From positions 1 to 51,813 of the forward strand of contig CAZDTN010000001.1 of assembly GCA_964508355.1 (NCBI GenBank): 51,813 nt of DNA, in the 5' to 3' direction. Position numbers and translations under genes: made by a program. This DNA is from an uncultured Sphingobacterium sp. GTDB taxonomy: Bacteria; Bacteroidota; Bacteroidia; Chitinophagales; Chitinophagaceae. Position 1 is the first letter of the stretch; each line of letters begins with the position of its first letter. This document shows, piece after piece, positions 40,982 through 50,315 of the stretch. The notes under the pieces are model-generated. The model was given only the letters and a program-made list of their open reading frames with translations, did no database searches and had not been told where the DNA came from.

Positions 40982-41001
40982 AGAAGTATTAAACACAGTA
41001 T

Positions 41002-42522
41002 ATGTACAAGAAGATTCGATCTGCATTAATTTCAGTATTCTATAAAGATGGATTAGAGCCATTGGTGCAACTTTTGCATAAAAATGGTGTTGCCATCTAC
41101 TCAACCGGAGGTACACAGCAGTTTATTGAGAAAATGGGACTAGAATGCATTCCAGTTGAATCTGTAACTGATTACCCATCCATACTCGGTGGACGGGTTA
41201 AAACCCTGCATCCAAAAATTTTTGGGGGTATTCTTGGCAGAAGAGCTGTAGAACAAGATATACAGGAAATGAAAGAATATGAAATCCCCGAGATTGATCT
41301 TGTCATTGTCGACCTCTACCCTTTTGAAGAAACTGTTGCGCAAACCAATGACGAAAAATTGATCATTGAGAAAATAGACATCGGAGGTCCTTCTATGATT
41401 AGGGCAGCTGCCAAAAACTTTAGCGATTTACTTGTTGTGGCTTCTAAATCAGATTACCAAAGCATTGTAGAGCTCTTGGAAAAGCAGGATTGCTGTACTA
41501 GTGTAGAACAAAGAAGGAGTTATGCAGCAAAGGCTTTTGATGTAGTAGCGCATTATGATGCTGCCATTTCAAATTATTTTGCCACTGATCCAGCACAGGA
41601 ATTTGTTTACGCACAAGGAAACCCTCAGATACTAAGGTATGGTGAAAATCCCCACCAAAGAGGTGTCTTCTATGGAAAGCTCGATGAAATCTTTAACCAG
41701 ATCCACGGAAAGGAACTTTCTTACAATAACCTGGTGGATGTTGAAGCTGCAACACAACTCATTGATGAATTTGAAGCAGAAACTCAAGCCACGTTTGCCA
41801 TCATTAAGCATACCAATGTATGTGGAATTTCAACCAGAAAGACAGCTGCTGAAGCATGGAAATTTGCTCTACAAGGAGATCCCGAAAGTGCATTTGGGGG
41901 AGTACTGGTATGCAACAAACAAATTGATAAAGAAACCGCTGAGCAAATCAATGAAATATTTTTTGAGGTATTAATCGCTCCAGGATATGATGAAGATGCA
42001 TTAGCTATATTAACGACCAAGAAAAACAGAATTCTATTGGTTCAAAAAAAGAAAGCTACTAACAAGAACCAATTCAAATCATTGTTAAATGGTGTGCTGA
42101 TGCAGCAGGTTGACGAAGGCAATTTCGATAAATGGGATGAGACAGGAGGAAGAAATTGCACTGAAGAAGAAAAGCAAGAATTGATTTTTGCAAACAAGGT
42201 ATGCAAACACTTAAAGTCAAACGCTATTGCATTAACCAAAAATTTACAGCTGATTGGAAAAGGATGCGGACAGACTTCAAGAATTGATTCACTAAGGCAT
42301 GCCATAGAAAAGGCCAAACAATTTAATTTTGATTTAAAGGGCGCAGTTATGGCCAGTGATGCTTTTTTCCCTTTTGATGATTGTGTGAGAATGGGACACG
42401 CAGAAGGAATCACAGCCTATATTCAACCAGGAGGTTCAATCAGAGATAAGGACTCAATTGAATACTGCAAAAACAATGGGCTTGCATTGGTATTGACTGG
42501 ACTTCGCCATTTTAGACATTAA
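41002..42522 (+). CDS. purH: Bifunctional AICAR transformylase/IMP cyclohydrolase
   Basis: GGRVKTLHP, IDIGGPSMIRAAAKN, LRYGENPHQ, SDAFFPF, RHFRH. Confidence 0.98.
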   Translation: MYKKIRSALISVFYKDGLEPLVQLLHKNGVAIYSTGGTQQFIEKMGLECIPVESVTDYPSILGGRVKTLHPKIFGGILGRRAVEQDIQEMKEYEIPEIDLVIVDLYPFEETVAQTNDEKLIIEKIDIGGPSMIRAAAKNFSDLLVVASKSDYQSIVELLEKQDCCTSVEQRRSYAAKAFDVVAHYDAAISNYFATDPAQEFVYAQGNPQILRYGENPHQRGVFYGKLDEIFNQIHGKELSYNNLVDVEAATQLIDEFEAETQATFAIIKHTNVCGISTRKTAAEAWKFALQGDPESAFGGVLVCNKQIDKETAEQINEIFFEVLIAPGYDEDALAILTTKKNRILLVQKKKATNKNQFKSLLNGVLMQQVDEGNFDKWDETGGRNCTEEEKQELIFANKVCKHLKSNAIALTKNLQLIGKGCGQTSRIDSLRHAIEKAKQFNFDLKGAVMASDAFFPFDDCVRMGHAEGITAYIQPGGSIRDKDSIEYCKNNGLALVLTGLRHFRH

Positions 42523-42558
42523 TCTGATTATTTTATAACACAACAGACCCCACAACCA

Positions 42559-43470
42559 TTGAATCAAACTGCAGAAAAATCAGCCAAGTCAAAAGCACTT
42601 TTTGCAGTCGCTTTGGTTTCAATATTATGGGGAACTACATGGATTGCCTCTAAAGTTGGGGTGAAATACTTGCCAGCCCTTCAACTATCTGGACTAAGGC
42701 ATTTACTAGGTGGAGGAATTTATGTGTTATTTTTTGCTTTGTACAAAAGAATGATTCCGAGGAGAACACAGTTCTGGAGAATCATCTGGATGTCGGTCTT
42801 GATGTTTGTTATCAGCAATGGATTCAGTGTTTTATCTGTCGTTTATATGCCTAGTGGCCTTGGTGCTGTTGTTGGAGCGATAAGTCCTATTTGGGTTGTT
42901 GTGTGTAGTTTCTTGTTGTTTAAGAAAGTTAAGTTCAAAGCCAAAACTATTATTGGAATCCTACTTGGTTTTTTGGGTGTATTGGTAGCATTTTTTGAGT
43001 TTGTAGAACACATCATGTACACCGATTTTTCACTTGGAATTTTATACGGAGTTATATCAAGCATGACATGGGCATTAGCTACACTGCTAACGGTAAAACA
43101 ATCCAAAGATATGGACCCCTATTTTTCTTTGGGCTGGCAAATGTTTATGAGCGGTGTGATACTAAACCTTGTATCTTATATTACTGGAAATTTTGTTGCT
43201 TACGCAGACATCCCAAGTGAAGCCTGGTTATCGATCGGTTACTTAATTTTGATAGGTTCTGTAATTGCATTTGGTGCTTATATTTATGCACTCAAGCACT
43301 TACCCGCAACACAAGTTTCTATACACTCGTATATAAATCCGATAGTTGCAGTTTTACTTGGTGATTTATTGATGAATGAAAAATTAACCATCTATATTAT
43401 TGCTGGCACTATAATAACACTAATTGGTGTTTACCTTGTCAACAATAGCTTTAAAAAAATTGCAGAATAA
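42559..43470 (+). CDS. EamA/DMT family transporter
   Basis: About ten TMs, WGTTW, YINPIVAVLLG. Confidence 0.9.
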   Translation: MNQTAEKSAKSKALFAVALVSILWGTTWIASKVGVKYLPALQLSGLRHLLGGGIYVLFFALYKRMIPRRTQFWRIIWMSVLMFVISNGFSVLSVVYMPSGLGAVVGAISPIWVVVCSFLLFKKVKFKAKTIIGILLGFLGVLVAFFEFVEHIMYTDFSLGILYGVISSMTWALATLLTVKQSKDMDPYFSLGWQMFMSGVILNLVSYITGNFVAYADIPSEAWLSIGYLILIGSVIAFGAYIYALKHLPATQVSIHSYINPIVAVLLGDLLMNEKLTIYIIAGTIITLIGVYLVNNSFKKIAE

Positions 43471-43473
43471 CAA

Positions 43474-44874
43474 TTAAAGATTTTGCTTTTCTTCAGTAGG
43501 CTGAGCCTGTCTTTCTTTCCACAGTTGGTTGAAGGTTTTTTCAGGAAATTGCAAATCTGAACGATGAGCTACCCAACCTTTGAACAGCTTATTCATCATC
43601 CAGTTTTTAATTTTTGCATTGCCAAGATTCATAACAGGTCTATATAGCATACTCTGTTGCCAGATTGTCCATGCAATTTTTTCCATCATATTGCCCTTTC
43701 CCAATCTAACTGTTTCTCTCCTGTTATTGAGGAGCAATTCATGCAAATTGATTTTTACTGCACAAACTTCGGTACAATTACCACATAGAGAAGATGCATG
43801 ACTTAAGTGGTTCCACTCTCCCAAGTCTTTCAAGTTAGGTGTTATTACACTTCCTATTGGACCACTGTATGTAGTACCATAACTGTGTCCTCCAATATTT
43901 TTATACACAGGACATGCATTTAAACATGCACCACAGCGAATACAATATAAACTTTCTCTTGAGACTGGATCTTGCAAAATTGATGTACGTCCATTATCAA
44001 GCAATATCACATACATCTCTTGAGGGCCATCTTCTTCTTTAGCACGCTTAGGTCCGCTTATAATTGAATTATATACAGTCATTTGCTGACCAGTACCGTA
44101 AGTTGCAAGTAAAGGCCAGAACAAAGCAAGGTCCTGCAACTGTGGAATCACTTTTTCTATACCCGTAATAACTATATGTGTTTTAGGCCAGGAGGCACTT
44201 AATCTGCCGTTACCCTCATTCTCAGTAATGGCAATACTTCCTGTTTCTGGAATTAAAAAATTTGCTCCTGTTACACCCACTTCGGCCATTCGGTATTTCT
44301 CCCTTAATTTCTCTCGCGCAACCAAAGTCATTTCCTCTGGTGTGAGATCAAGAGGAGTATTGAGATGTTCATGAAATACTCTTGCTACATCTTCCTTGCT
44401 TTTATGCATAGCAGGTGTAACTATATGATATGGAGGCTCCTGATCAAGTTGCTGAATATATTCTCCTAAATCAGTCTCAACACTTTCAATATGGTGTTGT
44501 TCAAGAAATTCGTTAAGGTGAATTTCCTCTGTAACCATACTTTTACTTTTCACAAGTGTCTTGCAGTTCTTTTCTTTACAGATTTTTAAAACTGCATCAC
44601 AAGCCTGCTGTGCATTTTCAGCCCAAATTACTTTACCCCCATTTTTCAAAAAATTTACTTCAAACTTTTCGAGTTGCACATCCAGTGTCTCCAATGCTTT
44701 CCACTTGATATTCTTGGCTTTTTCTCTTACGAATTCCAAGTTATTGAACTGCTGTTTGCCAATTGGTACAACTGCATTGTACTTACCAATATTATAATTG
44801 ATCGTTTTTCGGTGTTTCAAATCCGCAGCCTTATCAAAACTTTTTTCTTTGAATAAATCAGATGTATGCTGCAT
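43474..44874 (-). CDS. lutB: LutB/LldF/YkgF lactate-utilisation Fe-S protein
   Basis: KSKSMVTEEI, ETDLGEYIQQL, ENEGN, CIRCGACLNACP. Confidence 0.92.
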   Translation of the reverse strand: MQHTSDLFKEKSFDKAADLKHRKTINYNIGKYNAVVPIGKQQFNNLEFVREKAKNIKWKALETLDVQLEKFEVNFLKNGGKVIWAENAQQACDAVLKICKEKNCKTLVKSKSMVTEEIHLNEFLEQHHIESVETDLGEYIQQLDQEPPYHIVTPAMHKSKEDVARVFHEHLNTPLDLTPEEMTLVAREKLREKYRMAEVGVTGANFLIPETGSIAITENEGNGRLSASWPKTHIVITGIEKVIPQLQDLALFWPLLATYGTGQQMTVYNSIISGPKRAKEEDGPQEMYVILLDNGRTSILQDPVSRESLYCIRCGACLNACPVYKNIGGHSYGTTYSGPIGSVITPNLKDLGEWNHLSHASSLCGNCTEVCAVKINLHELLLNNRRETVRLGKGNMMEKIAWTIWQQSMLYRPVMNLGNAKIKNWMMNKLFKGWVAHRSDLQFPEKTFNQLWKERQAQPTEEKQNL

Positions 44875-44880
44875 GAATGA

Positions 44881-45483
44881 TTATTTTTTTCCTTTAGGAT
44901 TGACCTTTGTATAATATTCATCCGCTACCTGCTCTAAGGCTTTATAGAAAGTTTTGCCATATGCACGTTCAAGCGGTTCTTTTAAAAACTTGTAAACTGG
45001 AACTTTGAGCTCTTCTCCTAGCTTACAACCCGGACTGCATAAATCTGCTCGTGGTTCATAGTTCAGCAACTCATGATCTGAGTAACGGCTCTTACTTCTT
45101 TTAATGGGATATAAATGACAAGAAATAGGTTTTTTCCATTTGATTAACCCATCATTATATGCTTCTTCAAAAGTGCATTTTATAACTCCTTGTTGGTCTT
45201 TGTATCCGTAAGCACAAATTTTCTCGTTGACAGTTGGTGTAACCCAGCCAAAAGATTTATCATACCGGTAAAGTCCGTTTTTTTCAACCTCTTCCAAACC
45301 TTCTGGAGACATGTTCACTTTAACTTTATCAAATGCCTTTAACACCTCATCCAATTCTTGTTCGGTAAGAGGTGCGCCTGCATCACCATCTTCACAGCAG
45401 CCGCCTTTACATTTAGCAATGTTACAGACGAATTCCGCTTCTACAATTTCATCACTCAACAAAACTTTATCAATAACAATCAA
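44881..45483 (-). CDS. DUF3109 family Cys-rich protein
   Basis: FVCN..KCKGGCCEDGDAGAPL, KPISCHLYP, PVYKFLKEPL. Confidence 0.82.
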   Translation of the reverse strand: MIVIDKVLLSDEIVEAEFVCNIAKCKGGCCEDGDAGAPLTEQELDEVLKAFDKVKVNMSPEGLEEVEKNGLYRYDKSFGWVTPTVNEKICAYGYKDQQGVIKCTFEEAYNDGLIKWKKPISCHLYPIKRSKSRYSDHELLNYEPRADLCSPGCKLGEELKVPVYKFLKEPLERAYGKTFYKALEQVADEYYTKVNPKGKK

Positions 45484-45498
45484 GGGGATTTGTTTTTA

Positions 45499-45506
45499 CA
45501 AAAATA
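45499..45506 (-). promoter_or_regulatory. -7 element TATTTTTG
   Basis: Exact TAnnTTTG, 15 nt before TTG 45483. Confidence 0.55.
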
Positions 45507-45550
45507 ATACTAAATGATTAGCCGCTGATGGCTATCTGTACACAAGAAAA

Positions 45551-46288
45551 TCACAGGCTCATCATCTCTTTGAATCGAACAGCTTGCCTCCTGGAAACTT
45601 CAATTTTTTCTCCCCCCTTGATTTCAAGCAAAAGCCCCCCATTAAAGAATGGTTCTACTTTTTCAATCATACGTAAATTGACAATATGCTTTCTGTTCGC
45701 CCTAAAAAATGTTTTAGGGTCCAATCGCTCTTCCAAGGAATTTAGCGATTTTAAAATTAAGGGTTTATTTGCCCCGAAAAATACCCTGGCATAGTTTCCA
45801 ACTGATTCAAATAACCTGATTTCAGATAACCTAACAAACCAGCATTTATCCCCATCCTTGACAAACACCTGATCGTTATCACTCAAAAAAGACCTGTTTT
45901 CCGCTTTATTTTCAATTGAATTCATTTCACGGTCATCAAATAGAATCAATTTTTGAACAGCATCGAAAAGTCGCCTTGGATCAATTGGCTTTAGCAAATA
46001 ATCCAATGCATTTACTTCAAATGCCTTTAATGCGTATTCATCATGGGCAGTAGTAAAAATAACCGCGGGAACTGTTTCCAGCTCTGAGAGTAAATCAAAT
46101 CCCGTCTTAGCAGGCATCTGAATATCTAAAAAAATCAGGTCTGGAGATAACTCTTCAATAAGCTTCACCCCTTCATCAGCATTAGCCGCTTCTGCAATAA
46201 CCTCTATCTCAGGGTATTCACTCAACATTTTTTTAAGCTCATTTCTAGCCAACCTTTCATCATCAATAACGATAGCTGTTTTTTTCAT
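45551..46288 (-). CDS. LytTR-family response regulator
   Basis: REC domain (DDE, FLDIQMP, DYLLKP) plus LytTR domain (FFRANRKHIVN, VSRR). Confidence 0.95.
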   Translation of the reverse strand: MKKTAIVIDDERLARNELKKMLSEYPEIEVIAEAANADEGVKLIEELSPDLIFLDIQMPAKTGFDLLSELETVPAVIFTTAHDEYALKAFEVNALDYLLKPIDPRRLFDAVQKLILFDDREMNSIENKAENRSFLSDNDQVFVKDGDKCWFVRLSEIRLFESVGNYARVFFGANKPLILKSLNSLEERLDPKTFFRANRKHIVNLRMIEKVEPFFNGGLLLEIKGGEKIEVSRRQAVRFKEMMSL

Positions 46289-46298
46289 AATACATCAT

Positions 46299-47348
46299 TT
46301 ATTTGAGGGGAATGATTGCTTTTGCTTCTACATGTTCTGTATCCAACTGGTGGATCGAAAAAGTTGCCTTTTCTCCAAAAATCAAAAGCAACCTATTTGC
46401 TGTACTTGCTAATCCAAATCCCTCATGCTCTTCAGTCAAGTTTAATTTTCCTGTATTCACCACCCTCACTTCATAGTAATCATTATATGCTTTCGTTGCA
46501 ACCATTATTTCGCCACCCTCAATAGCTTTACCAATTCCATGTTTAATTGCATTTTCAACCAAGGTCTGTAACAACATTGGAGGTATGGGATTTTTCAAAG
46601 TTGCTTCATCGATTTGATAGACTAACTTTAATCGATCTTCAAAACGAATAAACTCCAATGCGAGATAATCTTTTACAATGTCTAACTCTTTTTCCAAGCT
46701 GATTATCTCCTGTTGATCTGACTGCATACTTGATCGAAGAATCTTACTCAATCCAGTAACCGCTTGTCTTGCTCGAGTTGGATCTTCATCAATCAGTGCG
46801 CGAATACTGTTCAAGGCATTGAAAATAAAATGGGGATTGATATGCGATTTTATTGTCTTTAATTCAAGCGATTTTACCAATGCCTCCAGCTTTAAATTAT
46901 CTAGTTGATTTTTTCTGGTTTCAGTCACATAGTGATATATAAAGTATATACAGTTCCAGATAAAAAAGTAAATAAATGAAGTAAATAGGTTGCTAATTAT
47001 CTTTTGCAAAAGATCAAATTTTGCTTCTTCCTTGTATTCTAGATTAAGCAACATGCTAGAATAGGTTTCAAGGGTTCCAACAATCACAGAAAAACCAAAA
47101 GAAACAAGAACAAACCCTACTAGCTGAACATTAACATGTCGCTTGAGTAACCCAACAGCTTTAATAACACCCCGCATAATATGAGACATTACAAATCCTA
47201 TTACAACATAAATACTTATGCGAAGAATAAACTGGCGGTCAAACAAATTATAGGTTAAAGCAAAGAAAACATTAACACAAGTAAAGAGCGTCCACCCCAA
47301 TACTTGGAACAACCAATACTTTGGAAAGCTGTTTATTTTATTAAGCAT
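46299..47348 (-). CDS. LytS-family sensor histidine kinase
   Basis: N-terminal TMs, SHINPHFIFNALN, QTLVENAIKHG, GFGL. Confidence 0.93.
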   Translation of the reverse strand: MLNKINSFPKYWLFQVLGWTLFTCVNVFFALTYNLFDRQFILRISIYVVIGFVMSHIMRGVIKAVGLLKRHVNVQLVGFVLVSFGFSVIVGTLETYSSMLLNLEYKEEAKFDLLQKIISNLFTSFIYFFIWNCIYFIYHYVTETRKNQLDNLKLEALVKSLELKTIKSHINPHFIFNALNSIRALIDEDPTRARQAVTGLSKILRSSMQSDQQEIISLEKELDIVKDYLALEFIRFEDRLKLVYQIDEATLKNPIPPMLLQTLVENAIKHGIGKAIEGGEIMVATKAYNDYYEVRVVNTGKLNLTEEHEGFGLASTANRLLLIFGEKATFSIHQLDTEHVEAKAIIPLK

Positions 47349-47353
47349 TGACC

Positions 47354-47361
47354 CAAAACTA
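47354..47361 (-). promoter_or_regulatory. -7 element TAGTTTTG
   Basis: Exact TAnnTTTG, 5 nt before ATG 47348. Confidence 0.7.
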
Positions 47362-47519
47362 TCAAAAGGGAGCTATTCCACATCGGATTTTTTGACCAAA
47401 GGTGTTTTGGAAGCGTTGACTGGCAAGTTTTTTGATTAACTTTAACCCTGTAAAACATGAAAAACACCGAACAAATCACTAGCTTGTTTGTTCTTTAAAT
47501 CAGACCCAAAAACTTTGGA

Positions 47520-49445
47520 ATGAAGATTGAACCAGGCGATATTCTGAAACACATCAACTCTCCGGAAGACTTAAAAAAACTAAGTAAGGAAGAATTATAT
47601 AAGGTTTGTGATGAGCTCAGACAATATATCATTGATGTAGTGAGTATTCACGGTGGTCATTTTGGCGCCAGCTTGGGAGTCGTAGAGCTTTCAGTCGCTT
47701 TGCATTATGTTTACAATACTCCATATGACCAACTGGTATGGGATGTGGGCCATCAGGCATATGGACATAAAATACTTACAGGAAGAAGAGATAATTTCCC
47801 AACGAATAGAAAATATGGTGGCTTGAGCGGTTTTCCGAAAAGAAGCGAAAGTGAATATGATGCATTTGGCGTGGGTCATTCCTCTACATCCATATCAGCG
47901 GCTTTAGGTATGGCTATTGCTGCAAAACACAAAGGAGAACTCGATAGAAAGGCAGTCGCTGTAATTGGGGATGGTTCAATGACCGCAGGTATGGCATTCG
48001 AAGCCATGAACCATGCTGGCGTAGCTGAAGCCGACTTACTTGTTATCTTAAATGACAATAATATGAGCATTGATCCTAATGTTGGATCATTGCGTGAATA
48101 CCTTACTGATATCACAACATCACATACCTACAACAAGATCAAGGACGATATCTGGAATACATTAGGGAAACTTCCAGTAGGAGGTAATTTTTCCAGAGAG
48201 ATTGCTAGCAAACTGGAGCACAGCATCAAAGGCTTTATCAGTAAAAGCAGCAACCTGTTTGAGTCGATGAAAATGAGGTATTTCGGTCCAATTGACGGCC
48301 ATAACATCACCAAATTGGTAGATACCCTCAAAGATCTAAAAGATATTCCGGGTCCAAAATTATTACACATCATCACCACAAAAGGAAAGGGTTACGCGCT
48401 GGCAGAAAAGGATCAAACAAAATGGCACGCACCTGGATTATTTGATAAAGTAACTGGAGAAATCTATAAAAAAACATTTGATACCCCGCAACCTCCCAAA
48501 TACCAAGACGTATTTGGCAAAACCATTATTGAGCTAGCCAAAAAGAACGATAAAATATTTGGTATAACACCAGCAATGCCTTCAGGATCATCACTGAAGT
48601 TCATGATGGATGAAATGCCAGATCGTGCAATAGATGTAGGCATATGCGAACAACATGCTGTTACATTGAGTGCAGGCATGGCGACACAAGGCCTCAAAGT
48701 ATTCTGCAATATTTACTCGTCATTCATGCAACGCGCATATGATCAAGTAGTGCATGATGTTGCTATTCAAAAACTACCTGTCATCTTTTGTTTAGATCGT
48801 GCAGGACTGGTTGGCGACGACGGACCTACACATCACGGTGTTTATGACATCGCCTACATGCGTTGTATTCCCAACATGATTGTTTCTTCACCAATGAATG
48901 AAGCAGAGTTGAGAGACCTGATGTATACTGCTCAATTAGAAAGCAACAAACTCCCATTTGTTATTCGTTATCCAAGAGGAGAAGGTGTAATGCCTGAATG
49001 GCAAACAACTATGAAGGAAGTAGAGATTGGAAAAGGAAGAAAATTAAAAGATGGAAAAGAGATTGCTATCTTATCATTTGGACATCCAGGTAACTTTGCT
49101 GCAGCAGCAATAAGAAATTTAAGAACAGAGGGAATTACGCCAGCACATTATGACCTTCGTTTTGTGAAACCGCTGGATGAGGAAATGCTTCATGAAGTTT
49201 TTACTCATTATAATAAAGTGATTACTGTTGAGGATGGAACTATCTTAGGGGGAGTAGGTTCTGCCATCTTAGAATTCATGGCGAAACATGACTACAAAGC
49301 AACCCTAAAAATGCTAGGTATCCCTGATAGAATAGTAGAACACGGCTCTCAGAAAGAACTACACAGAGAGTGCGGATATGATACAGAAGCCATTATGGAT
49401 GCTGCAAGGCTTTTAATGGGAGAGCAGATTAAGGTTACCCATTAA
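47520..49445 (+). CDS. dxs: 1-deoxy-D-xylulose-5-phosphate synthase
   Basis: GGHFGASLG, WDVGHQAY, GDGSMTAG..NDN, DRAGLVGDDGPTHHG, IRYPRG. Confidence 0.98.
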   Translation: MKIEPGDILKHINSPEDLKKLSKEELYKVCDELRQYIIDVVSIHGGHFGASLGVVELSVALHYVYNTPYDQLVWDVGHQAYGHKILTGRRDNFPTNRKYGGLSGFPKRSESEYDAFGVGHSSTSISAALGMAIAAKHKGELDRKAVAVIGDGSMTAGMAFEAMNHAGVAEADLLVILNDNNMSIDPNVGSLREYLTDITTSHTYNKIKDDIWNTLGKLPVGGNFSREIASKLEHSIKGFISKSSNLFESMKMRYFGPIDGHNITKLVDTLKDLKDIPGPKLLHIITTKGKGYALAEKDQTKWHAPGLFDKVTGEIYKKTFDTPQPPKYQDVFGKTIIELAKKNDKIFGITPAMPSGSSLKFMMDEMPDRAIDVGICEQHAVTLSAGMATQGLKVFCNIYSSFMQRAYDQVVHDVAIQKLPVIFCLDRAGLVGDDGPTHHGVYDIAYMRCIPNMIVSSPMNEAELRDLMYTAQLESNKLPFVIRYPRGEGVMPEWQTTMKEVEIGKGRKLKDGKEIAILSFGHPGNFAAAAIRNLRTEGITPAHYDLRFVKPLDEEMLHEVFTHYNKVITVEDGTILGGVGSAILEFMAKHDYKATLKMLGIPDRIVEHGSQKELHRECGYDTEAIMDAARLLMGEQIKVTH

Positions 49446-50214
49446 TATCAAACTGAACATCTGCAGGTCTGTCTTCATTATATTCAATAATGAAATTATT
49501 TCTGCCTTCTCCAACAATTATTGCCATGTAGTTTTGTTGAACCAACTCCAAAACTGTCAGGAAAACAAAAATGGCGTGTAATCGATCCTGACAAACATCA
49601 AACATTTTCTCAAAAGAAAGCGTCTTTTCTTTGGCAGTAAGAGAAAGCACTTGCTCTCTTGTCTCTTCCATAGTGTAGTTGTATCGGTATACAACGTGCT
49701 GGGGCTTATTTTGACGATCATGCAAACGCTGCATCACTTTTTCAAATACTTTCATCAATTTGAAAAGTGATATAGATTGTATCTCAGTTCCTTCAGCGGC
49801 CTCTTCACCAACAGCATGTAAGTCTGTTTGCTGATTTCCTCGCTTGAACATAAACAAGCGCTCTTTTTCCATTTCTGCAAGTTTGGTAGACGCCTCCTTG
49901 AATCTCTTGTATTCAAGAATTTTGTCAATCAATTCCTGACGAGGATCAATCTCATTACCTTGCTCATCCAATTCCTTCCTGGGCAATAATAATTTTGCTT
50001 TTATCCGCATTAAAGTTGACACAAATAGGATGAACTCACTGCTCAACTCGATATTATCTTCTTCGGATTGTTTAATAAAAGCAAGGAAATCATCGATGAT
50101 TTTTTTGATGGGAATATTATAAATATCCAACTCATCTCTTTCAATAAAGAACAATAGCAAATCAAAGGGACCCTCAAACTGAGGCAACGAAATCTGGTAG
50201 GATGTGGTATTCAA
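49435..50214 (-). CDS. scpA: Segregation and condensation protein A
   Basis: FEGPFDLLL, LMRIKAKLLLP, DPRQELI..ILEY, FLTVLEL. Confidence 0.93.
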   Translation of the reverse strand: MNTTSYQISLPQFEGPFDLLLFFIERDELDIYNIPIKKIIDDFLAFIKQSEEDNIELSSEFILFVSTLMRIKAKLLLPRKELDEQGNEIDPRQELIDKILEYKRFKEASTKLAEMEKERLFMFKRGNQQTDLHAVGEEAAEGTEIQSISLFKLMKVFEKVMQRLHDRQNKPQHVVYRYNYTMEETREQVLSLTAKEKTLSFEKMFDVCQDRLHAIFVFLTVLELVQQNYMAIIVGEGRNNFIIEYNEDRPADVQFDING

Positions 50215-50239
50215 TGGTCGATTTATTATAGATAGGCGA

Positions 50240-50247
50240 CAAATATA
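50240..50247 (-). promoter_or_regulatory. -7 element TATATTTG of scpA
   Basis: Exact TAnnTTTG, 25 nt before the start. Confidence 0.55.
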
Positions 50248-50315
50248 GAAAAATGCCGCGTATGATGGATGGCTTCCTAATTAAAATCCGACATTTGCAA
50301 CTCAAATGTTTACTC

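Noticed and set aside
40925-41001. ZTP (pfl) riboswitch before purH
   Set aside because: Region is mostly comEC coding and lacks the conserved GACUGGCG and GCCUGGG-type segments.
47469-47496. GAACAAA/TTTGTTC hairpin in the dxs leader as a riboswitch or terminator
   Set aside because: AU-rich 7-bp stem, only three following Ts and no TPP aptamer motif.
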